A stretch of 64,000 nt of DNA from an uncultured Aliarcobacter sp. (GTDB lineage: Bacteria; Campylobacterota; Campylobacteria; Campylobacterales; Arcobacteraceae): the NCBI GenBank assembly GCA_963664305.2, contig CAXXLV010000001.1:224001-288000 (forward strand), written 5' to 3'. A model generated the notes under the pieces. That model was given only the letters and a program-made list of their open reading frames with translations. It did no database searches and was not told the origin of the DNA. A program made the translations under genes and the position numbers. Below are positions 9,176 through 19,002 of the stretch, one piece after another (the stretch's first letter is position 1; every line of letters starts with the position of its first letter).

Positions 9176-10624
9176 TTATAATTTTAATTGTTTCAAAATA
9201 TTAATAATCTCTTTTTTTAATATTTTGGAATCTTCTTCTTTTTCCAATCTAAAAATCAATTCATCTAATCTGGAGTCAATTTTTAAATATATTGCTAAAA
9301 TTTTGATTAATTCATTTTTGCTTTTTGATTCTTTTACTTTTTTTAATAAAGGATAAGATTCATCTTTATTTTTTCTTTTTGAAGTTATAACATAAAAATA
9401 TAAACTTACTGTTAATAATGAAAAAATAACACCCAAAACAAAATATAATATTTTATCTTCAAGGGAAGTTTTTTCAATTATTTTTACAACTTCCTTTGTT
9501 TCAGTGTTTTTATCTGCTTTTTCTAAAAAACTCTCTTTTACTTTCTCTTCTTCGACTTCAATTTTATAACTTTTAGTTGTCTTAGTTACAACTTTTTCTC
9601 CATTTTTATCAAAATATTCAAAAGTTATACTTGGAATTTCAAAAGATTTATTAGAAACTATAGAAAATGTTTTTTCATAAGTTCCCTCATACTTATCATC
9701 TGAAATATATGTTTTTATTTCTGGTTTATTTTCATAAATTGTTACATCAGATAAAGGAAGTTTAATATCTGAAATGTCATCAAAATTCCCACTTCCTGTT
9801 ATTTTTAATTTATAAGAAACTGCTTCCCCTGATTTGATTTTTTCTTTATCAATTGTTGACTCAATTTCAAAGTCACCTATAATTTTTATATTTTGGGGTA
9901 ACTCTTTTATTTTAAGATTTAGTTCATTTGAATATATATTTATATCTTTTGTTGCAGAAAAATATGATTTGAAACTTTCATCAATCACTTGAGCTTGAAA
10001 TAAAATTGGATTTATAAATAAATTTCCACTTTTTAAAGGTGTCAATAAAAATTTTAATTCTATAACATCAAAATCATTCTCTTCATATTTTTTTGAATCA
10101 TCAATTTGTTTATACCAAAAACCATCAAAATTTGGTTTACTTAAAGATAATCCAACTATTTTTGCATCTTTTTTATGTTTAAAAATAATTTTTAAAATAA
10201 AATTTTCACCAACATAAAACTCATTTTTATCAGTTTTAATACTCAAATCAAAAATATCAGATTTTGTTTTTGAAGCTTTTTCTATAATTATATTTTTTTC
10301 TTTAGTTTTAACTTTTTTCCCATCAACTTCAAATTCTAAAGATGGAAAAATAAAATCTTTTGTTGGAAATAAAGAGTATCTTTTTTTTATAACTTTTGAA
10401 ACTTTTCCATTAATTATATTTGTAGAAACTGAACTAGAAATCTCTTGTACAAGATTACCATCAATTGAAGATAAATCAGGAAATTTTATCTCTTCTGCTG
10501 AAATTTCAATAGTAAAAACTAAAGGTTCACCCAAAGTAACTTTTTCATTTACATATAAATTTACACTAGCAAAAAGTGATATTACAAAAAACTGAAATAA
10601 AAAAAATATTTTAATAAGTTTCAT
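9176..10624 (-). CDS. BatD-family protein
   Basis: Signal peptide; three Ig-like repeats (VTLGEP, FYVGENF, IKSGEAVSYKLKITGSGN); STNIING motif; C-terminal TM helix. Confidence 0.8.
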   Translation of the reverse strand: MKLIKIFFLFQFFVISLFASVNLYVNEKVTLGEPLVFTIEISAEEIKFPDLSSIDGNLVQEISSSVSTNIINGKVSKVIKKRYSLFPTKDFIFPSLEFEVDGKKVKTKEKNIIIEKASKTKSDIFDLSIKTDKNEFYVGENFILKIIFKHKKDAKIVGLSLSKPNFDGFWYKQIDDSKKYEENDFDVIELKFLLTPLKSGNLFINPILFQAQVIDESFKSYFSATKDINIYSNELNLKIKELPQNIKIIGDFEIESTIDKEKIKSGEAVSYKLKITGSGNFDDISDIKLPLSDVTIYENKPEIKTYISDDKYEGTYEKTFSIVSNKSFEIPSITFEYFDKNGEKVVTKTTKSYKIEVEEEKVKESFLEKADKNTETKEVVKIIEKTSLEDKILYFVLGVIFSLLTVSLYFYVITSKRKNKDESYPLLKKVKESKSKNELIKILAIYLKIDSRLDELIFRLEKEEDSKILKKEIINILKQLKL

Positions 10625-10626
10625 TT

Positions 10627-12738
10627 TTAAAACTCTAAAGTTCCCTCTATCGCAAAATTTGCTTTTGAATCAAGTTCAGCATGAGATAACACAGAAACTT
10701 GTAAACCAAATTTTTCATAAATTTCAGAAATTCTTTTTCTAAGAACAGGATCAACAACCATACAAACTTTTGAGAAACCTTTTGCTTCCACTGTATCTAA
10801 AAGTTGTTTTGTTTTTGTAACTAAATTATTAATCTCAGCAATTGAAAGCATCAGTTGTGAAACTCCATGATGGTCTTGAAGTTTACCAATAAATTGTTGT
10901 TCTAGCTCAGGTTTTATTGTAACAATATGTAAAACATTATCTGTGTCTTTAAATTTTTGAGTAATCAATCTATAAAGTTTTGCTCTTACATGCTCTAATA
11001 ATATCTCAGGAACTTTTGTAAACTCTGCAATATCTGCTACAGCTTCAATTATTGTTAACATATCAACAATAGGTATTTTTTCATGTAATAAATCTTTACA
11101 AACTTTTAATAATGCTCCATATGAAGTAACTTTCATTGCCTCATCTATAACTATTGGGAAATCTTTTTTCAATCTATCAACAATATCAACAATGTCCTGT
11201 CTTGTTATAATATCTTCTGCATGTCTTTTTATAATTTCAGAAATATGTGTTGAAATAATAGTAGGAGCATCAACAACAGTAAATCCTTTCATCAATGCTT
11301 CTTCTTTTAAATCTGGTGTAATCCAAGTTGCATCAAGGTTAAATACAGGCTCTTTTACTTTTAAACCTGCAAGTTTTTCATTTCCTAAACCGCCCATCGC
11401 AAGAAACTTATCAACTTCAATTCTTCCTTTTGCTAATGGGATTCTTTTTAAATATAGTTGATACTCATTTGGCCCTAAATTTGCATCATCTGAAATTCTA
11501 ATTTGTGGAATAACAAAACCTAATTCACTTGCAATTGTTTTTCTAATTGCTTTTATTTTATCCAACAACTCAGAATTTCCTTGAACTAATTGTAATAATC
11601 TAATTCCAAGTTTTAACTCTAAAACTTCTAGTTTCATAATATTTTCAATAGTTTGATTTTCATCAGGAACAGCAGCACTTTTTTTCTTCTCTTTTAATGA
11701 AGAAACATTCTCATCAATTTTTGCTTTTACAGCTTGTGGTTTAAATAATCTAGTAATTGCATTATCTTGTTTATTTTCAATCATTGTTATTACATATCCA
11801 ATGAATACCATCATTAAACCCATTACCATTAAAATTCCAGCAGGGAATCCTGGTACAAAACCAAATAAAATCATACCTAAACCAACAAGAATTAAAGACT
11901 TACTATCTTTAATAAGTTGATTAACAGATTGACTTGCGAATTTATCTTCATCCATATTAGAACGAGTAATTATAATAGCAGTTGCAGTTGATAAAATTAA
12001 GGCTGGGATTTGAGCAACTAATCCATCACCAATAGTTAAAATTGTATAAATTTCACCTGATTGAGCAACACTCATATCATGCTGGAAAAGTCCAATTAAA
12101 AGACCTCCAATAAGATTTACCATTGTAATTATGATACCAGCAACAGCATCACCTTTTACGAACTTAGAAGATCCATCCATTGCCCCATAGAAATTTGCTT
12201 CAGAAATAAGCATTTTTCTTCTTTCTTGAGCCTCTTTATCATCAATAAATCCAGCATTTAAATCTGCATCAATTGCCATTTGTTTACCAGGCATAGAGTC
12301 AAGTGTAAATCTCGCTGTTACTTCAGCAACCCTTGTTGCACCTTTTGTCACAACCATAAAATTTATTAATACTAAAATGATAAATACGATTACTCCAATA
12401 ACCATATTTCCACCAACTACGAACTCTCCAAAGGCAGCAATAATTGAACTAACTGCATCTGGACCATTATGTCCTTCACTTAAAATAGACCTAGTTGTTG
12501 CAATATTTAAAGATAACCTAAATAAAGCCAAAATAAGAATAAGTGTTGGAAAGGTTGTTAAATCCGATGGTTTTTGTATATATAAAGAAATTAATAAAAT
12601 TAATAAAGACAAAGATAAAGATATTACCAAAAAGAAATCTAAGATTCCTTTTGGTAAAGGCACAATTATAATTGCAAGAATAGAGATAAAAAGAGCAACG
12701 ACAATTAAGTCTTTAGAAAATATCTTTTTTATGTTCAT
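10627..12738 (-). CDS. flhA: Flagellar export gate protein FlhA
   Basis: FHIPEP motifs RVAEVTARFTLDSMPGKQMAIDADLNAG and FYGAMDGSSKFVKGDA. Confidence 0.98.
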   Translation of the reverse strand: MNIKKIFSKDLIVVALFISILAIIIVPLPKGILDFFLVISLSLSLLILLISLYIQKPSDLTTFPTLILILALFRLSLNIATTRSILSEGHNGPDAVSSIIAAFGEFVVGGNMVIGVIVFIILVLINFMVVTKGATRVAEVTARFTLDSMPGKQMAIDADLNAGFIDDKEAQERRKMLISEANFYGAMDGSSKFVKGDAVAGIIITMVNLIGGLLIGLFQHDMSVAQSGEIYTILTIGDGLVAQIPALILSTATAIIITRSNMDEDKFASQSVNQLIKDSKSLILVGLGMILFGFVPGFPAGILMVMGLMMVFIGYVITMIENKQDNAITRLFKPQAVKAKIDENVSSLKEKKKSAAVPDENQTIENIMKLEVLELKLGIRLLQLVQGNSELLDKIKAIRKTIASELGFVIPQIRISDDANLGPNEYQLYLKRIPLAKGRIEVDKFLAMGGLGNEKLAGLKVKEPVFNLDATWITPDLKEEALMKGFTVVDAPTIISTHISEIIKRHAEDIITRQDIVDIVDRLKKDFPIVIDEAMKVTSYGALLKVCKDLLHEKIPIVDMLTIIEAVADIAEFTKVPEILLEHVRAKLYRLITQKFKDTDNVLHIVTIKPELEQQFIGKLQDHHGVSQLMLSIAEINNLVTKTKQLLDTVEAKGFSKVCMVVDPVLRKRISEIYEKFGLQVSVLSHAELDSKANFAIEGTLEF

Positions 12739-12755
12739 ATATTAATTTTTATTAG

Positions 12756-13889
12756 TTAATTCATAAAATTAACTAATGACAGTTGATTTGTTTTACTTAT
12801 TGTTGAATAAAGTGCTGTATAAGTTAATTCTAATGCTTTTGCTTGAAGAGCAACTTCAGTTAAATTAGAAGAACTTAAATCCTGTGACACTATTTTATAT
12901 TGAGTCAATTTAGAACCAATACCTTCTAAAGATGTTTCAAATATTTTATTTCTACTTCCTAATTCAGCATGGGCAATATTAACTCCATCATATGCTTTTT
13001 TTAATTCATCCAAACCTTTGCCTATTAAATCTTTTGACTGTGCAGTTGTAATAGGATTACCACTTGAATCAACTTTATTTAAACTATTTACTACATTATC
13101 AATTAAATCAAAAATATTTGTTTTTGCTTCAAATTTAGTACCATCTGCTGTAAAGACTGGAGTTGAATAAGTATTATTTACAGCATCAAAAGTTACAGCC
13201 ATAGTATCAGTAGTAACATTTCCATCTGGATCATATTTTGTTAAAGTATCATTTGTTGGAGTATTTAGTTTCCACTCATTTCCATCTTGATCAATGATTC
13301 TGTCAGTTGCACTAAATGTTAAAGATTCACCTTTATATGCAGTTGCAGAAGAATACATCATCATATCAAAACCATTTACACCTCTTTCTCGATAAGAACC
13401 TTCTTCAACAGCTATACTTCTTAATTTATTATCACCAACATAAGTTACCTTACCATTCGCATCTTTTTCAAAAGGCTTAATTGAAGAATCTGAACCTGTA
13501 AAAACATATTCACCTTCAACTTGTGTATTTGCTAAATCATAAAGATTTTCTTTCATCCCTGCAATGTTTATAGCAATTGATTTTAAACCATCTTCGCCTG
13601 TAGTATCAGTATTTGCTTTTATTAACTCAGAATTTATATATTCTAAAATTTTTTTAATTTCAGCCATACTAGAATCTGCTGTATTATTTTGAATAACAGT
13701 TCTTTCTATTTGAGTTTCAATTCCTTCATAAGTTCTAATCTTATCATCAACTGAAATAATTCTTGAATATAAAATAGAATCATCACTTCCATTTTCAAGC
13801 TGTTTTCCACCATACTGATAATTAAGTTTTCGTTGTAAGGTATCTAGATTATCTAATCTGTACATCATTTGTTCTGTTTGATTAATCAT
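12756..13889 (-). CDS. flgL: Flagellar hook-associated protein FlgL
   Basis: Flagellin-N-like region (LANTQVEGEYVFTGS, YVGD) and C-terminal YTALYSTISKTNQLSLVNFM. Confidence 0.85.
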   Translation of the reverse strand: MINQTEQMMYRLDNLDTLQRKLNYQYGGKQLENGSDDSILYSRIISVDDKIRTYEGIETQIERTVIQNNTADSSMAEIKKILEYINSELIKANTDTTGEDGLKSIAINIAGMKENLYDLANTQVEGEYVFTGSDSSIKPFEKDANGKVTYVGDNKLRSIAVEEGSYRERGVNGFDMMMYSSATAYKGESLTFSATDRIIDQDGNEWKLNTPTNDTLTKYDPDGNVTTDTMAVTFDAVNNTYSTPVFTADGTKFEAKTNIFDLIDNVVNSLNKVDSSGNPITTAQSKDLIGKGLDELKKAYDGVNIAHAELGSRNKIFETSLEGIGSKLTQYKIVSQDLSSSNLTEVALQAKALELTYTALYSTISKTNQLSLVNFMN

Positions 13890-15190
13890 TGTAAAACCTT
13901 TCTAAAATTTGCAATAGTATTATCAAAAGACATAGTTTCTTGAGTATCTTGTGTCAAGAATTCTCTTATTTTTTCTTTTTTACCCATTGCGTTATCAAGT
14001 TCAGGGTCCATACCTGTTTTGTATGCACCAACTCTTACTAAAACTTCATTCTCTTTTATTAGTGATAATACTCTTTTTAACTTTAAAAAATCATTATAAT
14101 GTTCTTTTGTAACAACCTTATCCATTACCCTTGAAGCGGATTTTAGAAGATTTATAGGTGGATAAAATCCTTGTTCAGTTAATTCTCTTGTTAATACAAT
14201 ATGTCCATCTAAAATTGACCTACTTTGATCAGCAATTGGATCATTCATATCATCACCATCAACTAAAACAGTAAAAAAAGCAGTAATTGAACCTTTTTGA
14301 TTATTTCCTGCTCGTTCCATTAATTGAGGTAATAAAGAGAATACAGAAGGTGGATAACCACGACTAACAGGTGGTTCTCCTGTACTTAAACCTATTTCTC
14401 TTTGTGCCATTGCAAACCTTGTCACTGAGTCCATCATAAGTAAAACATCATGCCCTTTATCTCTAAAAAACTCTGCAATTGCCATTGCTGTAAATGCACC
14501 ATATTTTCTCATTAAAGCAGATTCATCTGATGTTGCAGTTACTATAACTGTATTTTCAAGATTATTATTTAAATTATAATGAATAAATTCAGGAATTTCA
14601 CGTCCCCTCTCTCCAATTAATGCAACAACTTTTATCTGAGCTTCACAACCTTTTACAATCATTCCCATTAAAGTTGATTTTCCAACTCCAGAACCTGCAA
14701 AAATACCTACTTTTTGACCTTTTCCACAAGTAAGCATAGAATCAATTGCTTTTACACCCGTTCCAAATCTTTTATCAATAATTCCTCTTTCAAGTGCTGG
14801 CATTGAAAGTTTATTTATTGCAGCATTTTCTTCTAAATTTCTTATTTTCCCTTTATTATCTATTGGTTCACCTAAAGCATTTACAACTCTTCCTAATAAA
14901 CCATACCCACATTTAACATTAAGTCCATCTTTTTGTAAATATACTTTATCATGAATTCGAAAACCTTCAATAAAAGAGAAAGGAACAATAGTAAAATTTG
15001 TATCGTTAATTGAAGCTACCATTCCCAAAACTGTGTATAAATGCTGAACTGATTCTATTTTTACAATATCTCCAACAGCAACTTCAAGACCTGTTGCAGT
15101 TAATGTTGTAGTTGAAATATTTGTGATTCTTCCAAATGCGATAGATAAGTTTGTTGGATCAATTTTATTTAATATATCATCTATATTCAT
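13886..15190 (-). CDS. fliI: Flagellar export ATPase FliI
   Basis: Walker A FAGSGVGKS; LIGERGRE; MDSVTRFAMAQREIGL. Confidence 0.97.
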   Translation of the reverse strand: MNIDDILNKIDPTNLSIAFGRITNISTTTLTATGLEVAVGDIVKIESVQHLYTVLGMVASINDTNFTIVPFSFIEGFRIHDKVYLQKDGLNVKCGYGLLGRVVNALGEPIDNKGKIRNLEENAAINKLSMPALERGIIDKRFGTGVKAIDSMLTCGKGQKVGIFAGSGVGKSTLMGMIVKGCEAQIKVVALIGERGREIPEFIHYNLNNNLENTVIVTATSDESALMRKYGAFTAMAIAEFFRDKGHDVLLMMDSVTRFAMAQREIGLSTGEPPVSRGYPPSVFSLLPQLMERAGNNQKGSITAFFTVLVDGDDMNDPIADQSRSILDGHIVLTRELTEQGFYPPINLLKSASRVMDKVVTKEHYNDFLKLKRVLSLIKENEVLVRVGAYKTGMDPELDNAMGKKEKIREFLTQDTQETMSFDNTIANFRKVLQ

Positions 15191-17184
15191 TACATCTCAT
15201 CACACATTTTTTTATAAAGACTATCTGATGTATCTTTAACTTCTTTACATTTTAATATATATTCATCTTTTTTTGTTTTATTCCCTAAATTATCATATAA
15301 ATTTAAAACATCATAATAAATTTTAACCTCATCATTTGGTTTAATTTTTCTTGTATTTTCTAATGCTTCAAGAAGATAATCAACAGATTTTTGATAGTTA
15401 TTATTATCTTTTTCAATTCTAGATAATTCGTTTTCAACAAAAGGTGAATATATATAAGCTTTAAAATCTTTTTGTTTATTATATAACTTTTTAATCACTT
15501 CATTTGCTTGTTTTTTATCTTCATTCTTCATTAAATACAAATAATAATCATGATAAAAATCAATAATTACAGGATTTGATTCATTTAACTTTATAAAATT
15601 TGGATATAAAGATGCATAAATAAAGAATTTTTCCATGAAATTTGGATTATCTTTTATTTTATTAATTTGATATCTATAAATAAACTCATTCGCTAAAACA
15701 TTTTTATCATCAACCATTTCAACCTTTGATGAAAAATCAAAGGCATCATCAATTAAACCTAAAGAAAATGCCATTCTTTCAAGATATAAATATATATTTG
15801 CATCCCTTGTTTTATTAAACGTCTCTTTTATTTGATGATAAGCTCTTTCATAAGGAGCTTCTACTAGACATTCAAAGAAGTTATATTTAACACTTTCATC
15901 TTCGATTAATTTTTCCAAAGTTTCACTTCTCGAAGTTCTTAAAATATCATTTAATTCTGAACATTTACCTTGTGATAAATAATCCTTAATTAAATCCATA
16001 TTAACTTCATCAAATATGTCATCTATACTGTCATAACCAAATCTTTTTACTATTTCATTTGATACTTTTCTATATACTTTTTCTGTTTTTAAAACTTGTT
16101 CAAATTTTCTATCATTTTTATCATTCATCAACTCTTGTAACAAGGCTTTTTGTTGCATTGCTTCTATGTCTTGATATTTTGTTGCAACTGCACTTGGAGT
16201 TAAAAATCCTTGTCTCATTAATATCTCATCTATAAACATTTTTGAGTTTTTAGCATGGATTCCTTGAGGATAATCATTAATAACATCTTTATATAAGTCT
16301 TTTGCTTTTTCCAAATAATAATTTGTTTTATCATACATTAACATATATGTATTTGCTAATTTATATTTAAAATCTTCAATTGCATCATCTTTTGTTGTTC
16401 TTTTTAATAATTCAGTTAAAATTTCTGCTGCATGTTCTGGCATTCCAGCTTTTATTAAACGATTAACTTTTTTATTTGCAAGATAAGAATCATTTGCATA
16501 AAACTCTATATTATTTTTTAGAACTTGTGTAATTAGCTCATTTGCTTTATCAAATTTTTCATCTAAAATATAAACATCAAATAATTCATCAGCTACTAAA
16601 GTCGCTACTTCTTTATTATTTGTAACAGTTAAAATTTCATAAAGATACTTAATTGCTTTTGTATAATCTTTTTGATATTTATAAACTTTTGCAAGAGAAA
16701 TTTTTCCATAGGTTTTTGTTAATTCATCATCAAAATTATCAATTATTACTTGAGCAAAATATTTTGCATCATCCATTTTATTTACTTCTAGTTTTAGTTC
16801 TACTAATAACATATAAGCTTTTGATAAATCATTTTGATTAATTAATGAAGAGTTTATTGCATTTTCAAGTTCTGTTGAGGCTTCTAAAATCAACCTTTTT
16901 GATTGTTTTTTTAAAGCTAATTCTGCATATAAAATCATAATATCAGAAGTTAAAACTTTTACTTTATTTTTTTCTTTAAAATCTTTTATTTGAGAATATG
17001 CTTCATCTATCTTATCATCTCTTGCTAATAACCTAGCATTTTGGATTATATCAAAACCATCAGTAATAGATTGTTTTCTCTCTTCAGAAATCTGTTCCCC
17101 TGATGAATCAATAAAGCTATAGTAAAAATCTTTTTTTGCGTATAAAATATTTACTAATAAAAAAATTGTTAATATTAATTTCAA
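15190..17184 (-). CDS. pflA: Periplasmic TPR protein, PflA (paralysed flagellum A)-like motor scaffold
   Basis: TTG start, signal peptide, all-helical TPR pattern (e.g. KDVINDYPQG), located between flhB and fliI. The name is inferred from context and remembered family features. Confidence 0.55.
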   Translation of the reverse strand: MKLILTIFLLVNILYAKKDFYYSFIDSSGEQISEERKQSITDGFDIIQNARLLARDDKIDEAYSQIKDFKEKNKVKVLTSDIMILYAELALKKQSKRLILEASTELENAINSSLINQNDLSKAYMLLVELKLEVNKMDDAKYFAQVIIDNFDDELTKTYGKISLAKVYKYQKDYTKAIKYLYEILTVTNNKEVATLVADELFDVYILDEKFDKANELITQVLKNNIEFYANDSYLANKKVNRLIKAGMPEHAAEILTELLKRTTKDDAIEDFKYKLANTYMLMYDKTNYYLEKAKDLYKDVINDYPQGIHAKNSKMFIDEILMRQGFLTPSAVATKYQDIEAMQQKALLQELMNDKNDRKFEQVLKTEKVYRKVSNEIVKRFGYDSIDDIFDEVNMDLIKDYLSQGKCSELNDILRTSRSETLEKLIEDESVKYNFFECLVEAPYERAYHQIKETFNKTRDANIYLYLERMAFSLGLIDDAFDFSSKVEMVDDKNVLANEFIYRYQINKIKDNPNFMEKFFIYASLYPNFIKLNESNPVIIDFYHDYYLYLMKNEDKKQANEVIKKLYNKQKDFKAYIYSPFVENELSRIEKDNNNYQKSVDYLLEALENTRKIKPNDEVKIYYDVLNLYDNLGNKTKKDEYILKCKEVKDTSDSLYKKMCDEM

Positions 17185-17187
17185 TTT

Positions 17188-18237
17188 TTACCTTTTTCTT
17201 TTTAATTCATAAATATAAGAGAAAATTTCTGCCATAGCCTTATAAAAACTACTTGGTATCTCTTTATCAACTTCTATTTGTTCATACAAAGATCTTGCAA
17301 GTGCTGGATTTTCTATTATTGGAATCTTATTTTCTTTTGCTATATCTCTTATTTTTAAAGCAATAAAATCTATTCCTTTTCCAACAACTACAGGAGCTGA
17401 ATTAACTTTATTATCATATTTTAAAGCTATTGCATAATGAGTTGGATTTGTTATTACAACGTCTGCATTTGGTACATTACTCATCATTCTTTTTTGTGCC
17501 ATTTGCATCTGAATTCTTCTAATTCTACCTTTTACTTGAGGATCTCCCTCCATATTTTTAAATTCATCTTTAATCTCTTGTTTACTCATTCTTAAAGATT
17601 TCATATAGTAGTATTTAGAAAAATAAAAATCAATTATAGCAAAAATAACCAGAATAAAAAGAATTGCAAAAATAAAATATATTGTTAACTGTAACATCGT
17701 ATTTATTGTTGCGTTTGTTTCCTGACTCATCATCATCAAAAATTGTTTGTTAGTTAATAAAAAAATTACAAACATTACAATCATAATAATAGTCAATTTT
17801 AAAGTTAATTTTAATGCTTCAATAAGTTTTTTAAAACTAAAAATATTTTTTATCCCTTTTATTGGATCCAACTTCTGTAAATCAAATTTTAAAGGAATAA
17901 CAACAAACCCAAATTGCATCCAATTAGTTACTAATGCTAAAACTAAAATTAATATAAATAATGGTGCTAAAGCTTTTAATAAAGTAATCGTTACAGTATA
18001 AGTTATAGAAAAAAGAATTGGACCATCTAATTCTTGACCTATAAAACCATATGAATACATCATAAGTTTTTTTATTTCAATTAATGAAAAAGAGGAAAAA
18101 AACAATAAATAAACAGATCCAAAAAGTAATATTGTAGCACCTGTTACTTCCATTGATTTATGGATGTTTCCCTCATTCTTTGCATCTTCTAGTTTTTTGG
18201 ATGTGGGTTCTTCTGTTTTTTCTTCTTCGTCAGCCAT
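17188..18237 (-). CDS. flhB: Flagellar export protein FlhB
   Basis: EKTEEPT N-terminus, EGDPQVK, and the NPTH autocleavage motif. Confidence 0.98.
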   Translation of the reverse strand: MADEEEKTEEPTSKKLEDAKNEGNIHKSMEVTGATILLFGSVYLLFFSSFSLIEIKKLMMYSYGFIGQELDGPILFSITYTVTITLLKALAPLFILILVLALVTNWMQFGFVVIPLKFDLQKLDPIKGIKNIFSFKKLIEALKLTLKLTIIMIVMFVIFLLTNKQFLMMMSQETNATINTMLQLTIYFIFAILFILVIFAIIDFYFSKYYYMKSLRMSKQEIKDEFKNMEGDPQVKGRIRRIQMQMAQKRMMSNVPNADVVITNPTHYAIALKYDNKVNSAPVVVGKGIDFIALKIRDIAKENKIPIIENPALARSLYEQIEVDKEIPSSFYKAMAEIFSYIYELKRKR

Positions 18238-18252
18238 AATTTATTCCTTAAA

Positions 18253-19002
18253 CTACTGCAATTTATCTATAAAATATTGTGTAAATGCTTCAGAAAAAAC
18301 TTCCATTCCAAGAATTAGAAAAATAAAAATAAATGCAAATTTCAATTGAAAAGTAACAACAAATGGAGAAAAAGAAGGCATTGATTTAGTTCCATATCCA
18401 TAATAAACATCCATAATAAATCCAATAAAAAATAGTGGTAAAGCAAATGCAAATGCAAATGCAAACATTCTTTTCACTTCATCAATAGCAAGTTGAATTC
18501 CATTATAAGAAAATATATCAAAAGTTCCCAGATGAATCATAGTAAAACTTTTTACTAAAATAACTAATGTCATTTCATACATTCCTGTTTGAAAAAAAAG
18601 CATTAATGCAATCCAAAAAAGTAATTTAGCAACTAATCCCTCTTGAGAACCAGTTGTTGGGTCAAACATTGCAGCCATTGATAATGCAGTAGAATATTCT
18701 ACAAACTCTCCAATAATTCTAACTGCTGAAAAAATAATATTTATAAACATTGAAGCAACTAAACCCAAAGTTAATTCAGAAATTAAACTTATAATAAAAT
18801 TATCTGCTGTGATATTTGTGGCAACATTTATTAGAGGGAAAATAAATACTGTTATATAAAAAGCAAAGGCTACCCTGATTGTAGGATTAATTGAAGCATG
18901 ACCAAAAACTGGCATGAAAGCTACAAAGGCAAGAATTCGAGCAAATAGAAGAAGAAATTGAAACAGAACCTCTTCATTTAATAATGATAAAAAAGCTTCC
19001 AT
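18253..19002 (-). CDS. fliR: Flagellar export protein FliR
   Basis: Hydrophobic 249 aa; FARILAFVAFMPVFG and MFDP motifs; adjacent to flhB. Confidence 0.93.
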   Translation of the reverse strand: MEAFLSLLNEEVLFQFLLLFARILAFVAFMPVFGHASINPTIRVAFAFYITVFIFPLINVATNITADNFIISLISELTLGLVASMFINIIFSAVRIIGEFVEYSTALSMAAMFDPTTGSQEGLVAKLLFWIALMLFFQTGMYEMTLVILVKSFTMIHLGTFDIFSYNGIQLAIDEVKRMFAFAFAFALPLFFIGFIMDVYYGYGTKSMPSFSPFVVTFQLKFAFIFIFLILGMEVFSEAFTQYFIDKLQ

